The notes below the pieces were generated by a model. The model ran no database searches. It was not told the origin of the DNA and saw only the letters and a program-made list of their open reading frames with translations. A DNA stretch of 64,000 nt. Origin: an uncultured Poribacteria bacterium. Lineage in GTDB: Bacteria; Poribacteria; WGA-4E; WGA-3G. Positions 52,937 to 62,000 of the stretch are shown here, piece by piece. Location of the stretch: positions 2,880,001 through 2,944,000 of the forward strand of contig OX638351.1 of the NCBI GenBank assembly GCA_951813565.1, written 5' to 3'. Position 1 is the first letter of the stretch. Every line of letters begins with the position of its first letter. Position numbers and translations under genes: made by a program.

Positions 52937-52971
52937 ATTGTTAGGATAAAAAGACATTTGTCCTCATTCTC

Positions 52972-53008
52972 CTAACCTTCCATGTTAATCCAAGATATGG
53001 AAGGTTAG
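52972..53008 (+). terminator. Hairpin downstream of the ECF sigma gene
   Basis: CTAACCTTCCAT / ATGGAAGGTTAG; weak U tract. Confidence 0.45.
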
Positions 53009-53137
53009 AAGAAGTCTATTCGCTTTTCCCTCCTTAAATTTATAGTGTTGTCCAGATTCTGAACCACAACTATTATTATTTGGACAGTTGACCCATCTAT
53101 CATAAGCAAGAATTACGATTGTTCTGCGATCCCGCGT

Positions 53138-53152
53138 TGGCACGAAATTTGC
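53138..53152 (+). promoter_or_regulatory. Sigma-54 promoter
   Basis: TGGCACGAAATTTGC. Confidence 0.78.
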
Positions 53153-53173
53153 TCTACCTTATAGCAATTAGTT

Positions 53174-53287
53174 TATAGTAAAATCCGAAAATATGTTTAC
53201 ATTTCAATGAACAACAATCCCGACACACTCGCGTTGGCGAGGTTTCCTAACCTCGCTAATGTTCAGGTAATTGTGGGTTTTACTATA
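53174..53287. mobile_element. 114-bp IS630-type MITE
   Basis: Left end TATAGTAAAATCCGAAAATATGTTTACA resembles the IS630 TIR; right end TTTTACTATA. Confidence 0.78.
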
Positions 53288-53290
53288 ATA

Positions 53291-53478
53291 AATCCAAGTT
53301 GCTACCTATTTCGTAAATTCTCTTGTAGGAGGGGTTTCTAACCCCGACAAATGCCAAAAAGCGCATTTGGCGTTGATTTGGATTTATAACAAAAGACATC
53401 CAGAATCAACGAAAAACCCTTGTTTTTTTAGGAAAACATCGTCTTTTGTTCAAAATTTTGCAAGTAGCAACTTGAGTT
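53291..53478. mobile_element. MITE homologous to 10248-10402, with a 33-bp insertion
   Basis: CAAGTTGCTAC / GTAGCAACTTG TIR core. Confidence 0.75.
53348..53380 (+). mobile_element. 33-bp micro-element
   Basis: Identical to 48996-49028; flanked by GA/GA; empty site in the paralogous repeat near 10300. Confidence 0.75.
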
Positions 53479-53482
53479 ATAA

Positions 53483-53708
53483 TAACGTGAATTTGATAAT
53501 TAGACCCAATGTAGATGTCCGTTGGGTAGAGCGAGCGAAACCCAACAATTCAACCGTCTTGGAAGTAATTTAAAGTTGGGTTTCACTCACTTTTCTGTTA
53601 TTTCGGCATCAAATGGAGAAAAAATCTCTCTTTTATGTCCGATTTTTTGTTTATTCCGTTCTACCCAACGGACAGTGGATATTGAATTTTATTATCAAAC
53701 TCACGTTA
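53483..53708. mobile_element. MITE with an internal REP pair
   Basis: TIRs TAACGTGAATTTGATAAT / ATTATCAAACTCACGTTA. Confidence 0.75.
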
Positions 53709-53733
53709 TAATAGCCATTTCAAGGAGATAAAA

Positions 53734-54702
53734 GTGAAACATATTCATACAGTGTTTGGGATAACGTTACTATTCAGTTTATTCCTGCTTGCTATAAACG
53801 CTTGGGGAGAACCATATATTTCTTTCTATTCTAACCGCACAGGGAATAGGGACATCTACATCATTGATACGAATGGTGAGAATCTCCGCAACCTCACAAA
53901 TCACCCCGCAAGCGATTGTTGTGCAACGTGGGCGCCAGATGGCCGATCTTTCGCTTTTATGTCGAGACGGGATGGAAAAGGTAATATCTATATCATGAAA
54001 GTTGGTGAAACTGAAGCGCGTCGATTGACAAACCATCCGGAGCAAGATTCGGCTCCTGCTTGGTCACCTGATGGGAAATGGATTGCTTTTCAATCCAATA
54101 GAACAGGGAAAAGTCAAATCTACAAAATAGATATCAATGGTAAGAATCTACAGCGGTTGACAAACCAGGGAAATAATTACACCCCGGCATGGTCTCCAGA
54201 CGGGAAATTAATTGCATTCTATTCTGATCAGAATGAATGGGGTGATGTCTATGTGATGGATTCAGACGGAAAAGGTGTCAGACGCATTAAAAACGAACAT
54301 GGTGGTGGGTCTCGGTCTCCTGCTTGGTCTCCTGATGGGAAACAAATTGCCTTTGATATTTCCAGACAAGGAAACGGTATCTTCATTATGGATGTAGATG
54401 GAGGAAATTCCCGCCGCATGTCACCGCCTTTGAATTGGAGCTACAATCCTGCGTGGTCTCCTGATGATAAGTGGATTGCCTACGAGGCAGAAATTGAAAA
54501 TCCTTGGGGAAACCCCAATGTGGATAAAAATATATATATTGTCTCTGTCAAGAGTGGCAAGCGGCTACAAATCACACACCATCCTGGGCAAAATGGTGAG
54601 CCTGCATGGGTCCCCGAAGGTTTTTTCTCCGTTTCCCCTACTGCAAACACTAAAACGACACTTTGGGGTAGATTAAAGCAAACTGAACCTGTGGCGCAGT
54701 AA
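53734..54702 (+). CDS. Secreted TolB-like (PD40) propeller protein with a TWG-like tail
   Basis: 'PAWSPDGK' repeats; 'SVSPTANTKTTLWGRLK'. Confidence 0.88.
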   Translation: MKHIHTVFGITLLFSLFLLAINAWGEPYISFYSNRTGNRDIYIIDTNGENLRNLTNHPASDCCATWAPDGRSFAFMSRRDGKGNIYIMKVGETEARRLTNHPEQDSAPAWSPDGKWIAFQSNRTGKSQIYKIDINGKNLQRLTNQGNNYTPAWSPDGKLIAFYSDQNEWGDVYVMDSDGKGVRRIKNEHGGGSRSPAWSPDGKQIAFDISRQGNGIFIMDVDGGNSRRMSPPLNWSYNPAWSPDDKWIAYEAEIENPWGNPNVDKNIYIVSVKSGKRLQITHHPGQNGEPAWVPEGFFSVSPTANTKTTLWGRLKQTEPVAQ

Positions 54703-55019
54703 GATCGATCTTATATCAATTGATCCCACTTTGTAAGCGCGCTTACTGTCCTGATAAATAACCCACATGTGTCAATTAACGGTACTCCACCCCGGTAGAT
54801 GCGGTTTCCTAACCGCATCGGGCTTATGCAAGTGCTGTTAGCCTCAGTTTTCTGTTTTTACACCACTGTTTGAAGGATGCTAAAGATGGAAGGTTTTCGT
54901 GTCCGATACGGAGCGGTTAGGAACCACTCCTACCGGGCCTAGGGTTGAGCGTGTTGTGTTTTTTAAATTGATGCCTATGGTTTGCAAAAATGCAGCACAT
55001 ATACAAACGAAATTGTCGG

Positions 55020-56015
55020 CTACGTTTCCACGGTCTCTTCTGTTGCAAAGAGTGCTTCAACGAAATCAGCACCTGCGAAATCACGTAAGTCATCAAGTTT
55101 TTCACCAATTCCGATTAATTTGACAGGAGCACCGAGTTCGGCTTTTACCGCTAACACTATCCCGCCTTTAGCTGTGCCATCCAGTTTTGTAATTGCTACA
55201 CCTGTAATCGGTACAGCTTCGTTGAAAATTTTTGCTTGCATCAGTGCGTTTTGTCCCACTGTGCCGTCAATGACAAGTAACACCTCGTGAGGCGCGCCTG
55301 TATGTGCTTGCTCCATCACCCGTCCGATTTTTGATAGTTCATCCATCAACGGTTTTTTGGTATGGAGTCTGCCTGCTGTATCCACAATCAGCACATCGGT
55401 TTCTCTATTTTTTGCAGCGTGAACTGCATCAAAAATCACCGAAGCGGGTTCAGCTTTTTCCCCACCACGAATTATTTCTGCTCCCGCGCGTTCGCACCAA
55501 ATTGCCAATTGATCTTCTGCAGCAGCACGAAATGTATCGCCTGCGGCAACAAGAACACGGTTACCATCAGCCTTGAATCGACTTGCGAGTTTACCGATAG
55601 TTGTCGTTTTTCCTGCCCCGTTAACACCGAGGACTAAAATCGTATAAGGCGGTTCACCTTCAAACTCCAACGGAACGTCTTCACCGAGTAGATTAAGAAT
55701 TTCCTCTTTTATGACTGTTTCCAATTCGGAAGAATCACCCAACCCTCTTGCTTTCACAGTCTCTCTAACGTTGTCCATTAGCGTCAGCGTCGTGTCAACC
55801 CCCACGTCTGCTTGGATTAAAATTTCTTCGATCTCCTCCATTAGTTCTTCGTCAATTTTTCTACCAACACGAAGTAGCCCCGACAGCTGAGAGAGAAAAC
55901 GGTTTCGCGTTTTCGCCAAACCAGACTTGAGGCGATTAAACCAATTCTCTTTTTCCTCTGTAGCCTCCGGTTCAACGGGGTTTTTATCACCACCTTTAAA
56001 TAAGTTCCTGAGCAT
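55020..56015 (-). CDS. ftsY: Signal recognition particle receptor
   Basis: 'GVNGAGKTTT', 'DTFRAAA', 'DTAGR', 'TKLDGTAKGG'. Confidence 0.97.
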   Translation of the reverse strand: MLRNLFKGGDKNPVEPEATEEKENWFNRLKSGLAKTRNRFLSQLSGLLRVGRKIDEELMEEIEEILIQADVGVDTTLTLMDNVRETVKARGLGDSSELETVIKEEILNLLGEDVPLEFEGEPPYTILVLGVNGAGKTTTIGKLASRFKADGNRVLVAAGDTFRAAAEDQLAIWCERAGAEIIRGGEKAEPASVIFDAVHAAKNRETDVLIVDTAGRLHTKKPLMDELSKIGRVMEQAHTGAPHEVLLVIDGTVGQNALMQAKIFNEAVPITGVAITKLDGTAKGGIVLAVKAELGAPVKLIGIGEKLDDLRDFAGADFVEALFATEETVET

Positions 56016-56291
56016 CCATTTCTCCTTTATTCAAATGACCTATTTTTTACACATTATCTGGCTATGTTTGGTTTGAATGTATCCATATCATATAATACAG
56101 TAACAGATGTCTGAATGACAAATAAAAATAGATGTACCTGGTAATCGACTTACGGTTATGATATTGAAATGTAAAACAATTTGTAGCCTTTGACGTTGTA
56201 GTTCAAAACTCAGATACAGAATATAAATTATCTATTGCTATAATTGCCTTTTTGTAGTATATTAAAGGCATGTTAAATGAGGAGGCTTACA

Positions 56292-56879
56292 ATGAAAAGC
56301 AGAAGACTTGATAGTTCATTTCTGAGCGCGTTTTTCGGTATTGCTATTGTGCTAATTCCTTGCATGATCTTGACTTCCTGTGTGGAGGAACAGCAATTAG
56401 AGGAACTTGTTCAGGAAACGAATAAGGAAGAAATAGAGCAGGAGATTGTTGAACCTGAAGAACCGGTTGTCGCACTTCCGGGGCTCCCTGAAGATGTCGC
56501 AGGTTATGAACGTTGGCTTAAATTAAACGCCGAACCAATTCCGCCGGTAGCAGGCGGTGATCCACACAACGGCACAAAGAATGTATATGTTAACCAAGCA
56601 CGGGATACTATTGCACCTGATGGCGAGCAACAATTCCCATATCCTGATGGAAGCATAGTCGTAAAAGAAGCATTCCGACCAAATAAGGACTATGTGGGAC
56701 TCATCGCAATTATGCGCAAAAAAGCAGGAACTGATCCAGACCATAATGATTGGGAGTTCATTGAATATACCCGAAACGACCCTGATGCCGATTTTAACGT
56801 TATAGCCTCCGGCAGAATATGTTGGAGTTGTCATGCCAGAGTCGAAGACATAGACTATGTTTTTACGGAACTTGACTGA
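56292..56879 (+). CDS. Cytochrome P460/c'-beta family lipoprotein
   Basis: Lipobox 'LTSC'; 'YPDGSIVVKE'; C-terminal 'CWSCH...DYVF'. Confidence 0.8.
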   Translation: MKSRRLDSSFLSAFFGIAIVLIPCMILTSCVEEQQLEELVQETNKEEIEQEIVEPEEPVVALPGLPEDVAGYERWLKLNAEPIPPVAGGDPHNGTKNVYVNQARDTIAPDGEQQFPYPDGSIVVKEAFRPNKDYVGLIAIMRKKAGTDPDHNDWEFIEYTRNDPDADFNVIASGRICWSCHARVEDIDYVFTELD

Positions 56880-56882
56880 TAT

Positions 56883-57006
56883 CATAGTGAATTATAAAGA
56901 TAAATTGACATGTTGCCGCTACATACAGCGGGAATTCCATTTTGGTAGGCGAGGTTTCCTAACCTCGCTTGTTCAGAGTGTCTCGTTAATTCTAAAATCT
57001 ACTACA
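56883..57006. mobile_element. Degenerate IS630-type MITE with a REP
   Basis: CATAGTGAA...TCTACTACA ends; GTAGGCGAGGTTTCCTAACCTCGC inside. Confidence 0.55.
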
Positions 57007-57012
57007 AATAAG

Positions 57013-57265
57013 GGTGTGCATAAATATTTGGCGCATCAACACAGACAGGGACAGACGCCATGTGCCGCTTGATTTATAGAAATGCGTTTGTAGTCGCGCA
57101 ATTCATTGCCAAATCAACGCAGCATGCGCCAAATCAACGGTCCGAATGCCTTATGGCATTCCCCGTGTGGCATGCTGCGCCTCTTTGAACTTGTGGGCGG
57201 AAACCCACGGCGTATGCGGACTACCTTTAAGCGCATATTTAACATCGGAATTATTTATGCACACC
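57013..57265. mobile_element. MITE containing an interrupted REP
   Basis: Perfect 14-bp TIR GGTGTGCATAAATA. Confidence 0.7.
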
Positions 57266-57374
57266 TCTCACTATAAATAAGGAGTCTTGAAAAAACACGA
57301 AGATTGCTAGAGTGTATCTCATAAATCCGATTTTTGGGTTTTACTCGTTATTTGCACTGAAGTTCACTTGTATT

Positions 57375-57447
57375 GTAGGGGCGGGTCCCTGTGCCCGCCC
57401 GTTGTTTCGATCCTGAGACATGGCGAGGCACAGAGACCTCGCCCTAC
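57375..57447. repeat. GTAG REP doublet
   Basis: GTAGGGGCGGGTCCCTGTGCCCGCCC ... GGCGAGGCACAGAGACCTCGCCCTAC, inside a TATCTCATAAAT/ATTTATGAGATA inverted repeat. Confidence 0.75.
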
Positions 57448-57483
57448 AAGTAATTTATGAGATAGGTTGTAATAAAAAGGAGA

Positions 57484-58707
57484 ATGCTTTTGAAGATATA
57501 TCACAATAGATTTGCAATACACTTACACTACAATACTGTGCTGCGAAAATGCTTTCGTGTGTTGTTCATTTTTGCCTTGATGGTTAATTTCTCTTTGGTT
57601 CTTTTTTTGGCAAATTCTGCTGAGGCGCGTCCTGAGTTTGCAGCTGAATTAGATAAGGACTGTAATTTCTGTCACATTGACCCAGCAGGTGGAGGACCCC
57701 GAAATCGCATCGGTGAGATTTTTGAAGAGAACTATTTTGAGTTCCCCGAAGATTTTGACATGGATGCTGTTACAGAAGAAGCAAAGGAGGTCGTCAAGCA
57801 ACTTACTACCTCACTTGATCTCCAGACAGCTTTTATTAAAACAACCCATGTAGATGAAGAGGAAGGCACGGTCGCTGGGTGTAACTCATGTCATACCTCA
57901 GTTGACAGGTTCCTCCTTATGCAAGCTGAGGTAACATTCAATGCCCAAGCATCAGAACGCGTTCGGTTAACCCTTTCTAACAACGTTGGTACTACACTCA
58001 ACGCTTTTGCAACAGTAGATGCTATTCCAAAACATCTCTACGTTAAAGTCGGACAATTTCGCCTACCGTTCGGTATCAAACAGAAAGATCATAATATCCT
58101 TGTCCGGGAAGGTTATGGGCTTGGTTCTAACAAGCGAGACGTTGGACTTGAACTCGGTGGGAGTTTAGGAAAAGTGTTCTACAACGGTGCATTTTTCAAC
58201 GCTGGTAATGCGACTGCGAAGGGAGCACTCGGCACTGTCGGAGGACAACTCGGTCCAATTCGTGCAGGTGTCTCATGCATTTTTGAGCAACCTGGCGAAG
58301 AATGGGAACGTTTGATCGGCGCATTCGTGACTGCCTCTTACGGCGGTTTGAGTTTAGAAGGCGAATTCAACTTTGAAAATAATGGAGAGGTCGCATCTTT
58401 TGCCACCGATGCTGTTGACTCCAAAGGATACTATTTCGGTGCAAAGTACCGTGTCCTACCACAGTTTACTGTTGCAGGACGCTACGGTTTGTTTGATCCG
58501 GATAGAACTGTTTTAGGCGATGCTGGCAAGCGGTTGACATTCATCGCGCAATATAATTTTATGGAAAATGGCGCAATTTCGTTGTTCTATTGGGCGAACC
58601 TGCCTAATGCTGACCGGCAACCTGATGAAAAAATAACAAGTAAGGGGACGTTAAGACAACTTGAAGGGACAAATCAGGTTATTTTAATGTCACGATTCTG
58701 GTTTTAG
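57484..58707 (+). CDS. Cytochrome c-porin fusion with two CxxCH motifs
   Basis: AEA signal site; 'RPEFA...CNFCH', 'CNSCH'; porin-like 'VGQFRLPFG', 'RDVG'; terminal 'FWF'. Confidence 0.75.
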   Translation: MLLKIYHNRFAIHLHYNTVLRKCFRVLFIFALMVNFSLVLFLANSAEARPEFAAELDKDCNFCHIDPAGGGPRNRIGEIFEENYFEFPEDFDMDAVTEEAKEVVKQLTTSLDLQTAFIKTTHVDEEEGTVAGCNSCHTSVDRFLLMQAEVTFNAQASERVRLTLSNNVGTTLNAFATVDAIPKHLYVKVGQFRLPFGIKQKDHNILVREGYGLGSNKRDVGLELGGSLGKVFYNGAFFNAGNATAKGALGTVGGQLGPIRAGVSCIFEQPGEEWERLIGAFVTASYGGLSLEGEFNFENNGEVASFATDAVDSKGYYFGAKYRVLPQFTVAGRYGLFDPDRTVLGDAGKRLTFIAQYNFMENGAISLFYWANLPNADRQPDEKITSKGTLRQLEGTNQVILMSRFWF

Positions 58708-59003
58708 GTTGTTAGCAATTTCTATATGTTTAGAAGATGGTGTGTTTATTTTAACACATGACAAAACGTTTACGCTGGTTCTTCTTAAGATTCTGTTTAG
58801 AACCGTGGAACGTTAATATGGAACAGAATATATTTACTTTTGAAGACTATAATAAAGGCAACATGTGTTGTGAGGTAGCGTAAGGAACTGATACATGTTG
58901 CCTAAACACCTTGATTTAAGCGTCCTGCCGTGTTTGTGATAAAGGAGAATAAAGTTCAAAAAACTAAATAATTTTTGAATAGCGTTGATAACAACGCAAA
59001 TTT

Positions 59004-59018
59004 TGGCACGAAAATTGC
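59004..59018 (+). promoter_or_regulatory. Sigma-54 promoter
   Basis: TGGCACGAAAATTGC, 72 bp before the ATG. Confidence 0.78.
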
Positions 59019-59090
59019 TCAATTCCTAACAAACGATAAAATGACCTTCAGATTTGGACGAAATTAACAAACTTTAGGAGACATTTTACG

Positions 59091-62000
59091 ATGGAATCAA
59101 AAAAACTTTTAATTGGAATTGTCGCATTTCTTTCTTTACTCGTTTTAATTATCGGTTCGCTCTATATTAATAGTTTAATATCAGGAGCAAAAACGCGTGT
59201 CATCGTCAAATCTATTACGCCGAAAGGCGAAAAAGTTTCGCCATGGGCTGATTTTACGTTTACGTTTTCGGAACCATTAGTTGATAATTCACTGATTAAT
59301 ACTGAATTGCCGGATCGTGCAGTTCAATTCACTCCTACTGTTAAGGGAACGGCGCGTTGGATAGCGCGCGACACAGTCCGCTTCTATTTAGAGAGTCCCT
59401 TAGCCCCCTCCGCAAGTTACACCGTGGAACTCGCCTCTAAATTACGACAAAGCTCACTTGGCTTTGCCATTACCGGTGATCGAAAATTTACTTTCGCAAC
59501 AGAACCTTTCCACATACAAAGCAGACGCCTTGAATTTAAATATACTAAAACACACGCAAAGGCTGTTGGAAGCATAACCTTTAATTATCCTGTTAACATC
59601 GCTGATTTGCGCGCTAATCTATCTATCCGACTTCAAGAGAATATTGAGATTCCCTATACGCTTCAACCGCAAAATGGTGTTGCCAGAGAAATTAAATTAG
59701 AAACTGAAGAAATACCGCGCCTGCTTGGAAACCAAAACCTAAAAGTCCGAATTGAGAAAGGGTTCAAATGCACTGGTGGACAAATCGGGTTAAAAGAAGC
59801 AAGCATTAGATCAATGACCTTGACAGGACGTGGCACGCTCGGTGTTACCTATGCAAATGTACGAGAGAGTTCCGGAAGACCTCATATAAAACTCCGGTTT
59901 AGTTCTCCTATTCCTGTTGACACAGTGCAACCGTATATTCATATTAAACCTGAATTAAATACCCAAATTATCACTCGCTACGGTGAGCTTGAAATTCATG
60001 GTGATTTCAAGCGGCGAAGTAAATACGAAGTCACGGTACAGGAAGGCTTGACAGCACCCGACGGTTCTGTGTTAAGGAAACCATATTCTGTTCGACTTAC
60101 GATTCCAGATGTCCGCCCTCAGGTTCGTTTTGTTGGAAAAGGTTTTTTCCTAACCCGAAATCAGAATATGAACCTCGGCTTGGCAACGACTAATGTGCAT
60201 AACGTGAAAGTCCAAATTGAAAAGGTCTTCGGTAACAACCTTGTTTACGCATCTAAAGTAAGAAACTGGGGTTCTTGGACAGAAAATTTAGGTAAGCCAA
60301 TTCATTCCGGCACGCTTGCGATTACCTCAAAGTTGAATGAAGAGGTAACAACACCTATTGATTTAGGGCAATATCTTAACGATAAACACGTAGGCATCTT
60401 TAAAGTAAATGTTCAAGGCAATAATGATTATTGGCTTCGTGCAACACAATGGGTGATGTTGACGGACATCGGCACCGTTGCTAAAAGATCAGGGGATGAG
60501 TTATGGGTTTGGGTCAATTCTCTCTCCGACTTAAAACCTATTTCACAAGCAACAGTAAAACTGATTAGTGATAACAATCAAACACTACTGAGTGGAAAAA
60601 CAAATTGGCAAGGCTTCATCAAGTTTTCCGCTGTAGCACAAAAAACTGATGGTTTTACTCCGTTTATGTTGACAGTGGAGAAAGGGAACGACCTTTCGTT
60701 CATTCAGTTCAACCGACATCAACTTTCCACTGGTGACTTCAACGTCGGCGGTTCAGCCTATTTAGCGACAGGATATGAGGCTTTTCTCTATACGAGTCGC
60801 GGGGTTTACCGTCCTGGCGAAAAAGTCTCGCTCGCTGCAATTGTGCGTGGAAAGCGAAATACAACGCCGCCTTCGCTTCCAACAAACATACAGATATTAG
60901 CACCTGACGGTCGAGTTATCAATGACTTTAAACAAAATACGGATAGACGTGGTGGTTGTGAGGTGACAATCCCTTTACCCGCTTACGCACAGACAGGTAG
61001 CTATATCGCTAAAATGAATGTTGCTGGTAAAGAGATTGGACGTGTCCCGTTTCAGGTAGAAGAGTTTATGCCTGACCGAATGAAAGTCACCGTTGCAGCA
61101 GAAAAATCTGAATATGATTTAGGTGCTGAGGTCGTAATGGATGTGTCGGCAGTGAACCTCTTTGGACCACCTGCTGCTAATCGAAAAGTCAAGGCAGCTT
61201 ATGCGCTTGAGGCTGTGCCTTATGTCCCAACTGATAAGTGGCGTTCATTCCACTTTGCAAGTGCTATACCGTTTGAGAAACAGCGAATTACTTTGGAAGA
61301 AACCAAGACAGATGCTGAGGGTAAGGTACAATATAAAATCCTCTTACCGGAAACTGTCAAGGCGCCTTCTCAGTTAAATGCGGTTCTAACAGCAACAGTG
61401 AGCGAACCCGGCGGTAGAGCCGTTACGGCTGCACACCGCGTAGTTGTTCATCCGTATTCGCATTATATTGGTATCAAACGTTCAAGTAGCGGGCGTATCA
61501 AACGCAATCAAGATGTTTCCTTTAACTATATTGCTCTGGATAAGAACGGAAATGCGATAGCAGGCAGAGATTTAGGACTCACTGTTTATAAAGTTCACTG
61601 GAACACTATACTACGCCGGAACGCTCGAGGTCGTTATGAATACGTGTCAGATGACCAGCTCACTACCTTAGAATCGCATCAACTTATTTCAACAGCAGAG
61701 ATCGGGACATTCACTTTTACGCCTTCCGAATACGGGCAATATCGTATACACATAGAAGATATCGCTTCTGGTGCTAAAACAGAGCTTAAAGTAGAAACTA
61801 CTGGTTGGGGAAACGTTCCTTTGTCAATGGAAAATCCGAACCTGCTTGAGATGACATTAGATAAACCCGCATACCAACCTGGGGAAACTGCGAAACTTCA
61901 GATTAAAGCACCATTTCCCGGCAAATTAATATTGACAATGGAACGGGAAAAGATTTTAAGTTACCGAACTGTTAACTTAAGAGGGAATACCGCCAGTTTA

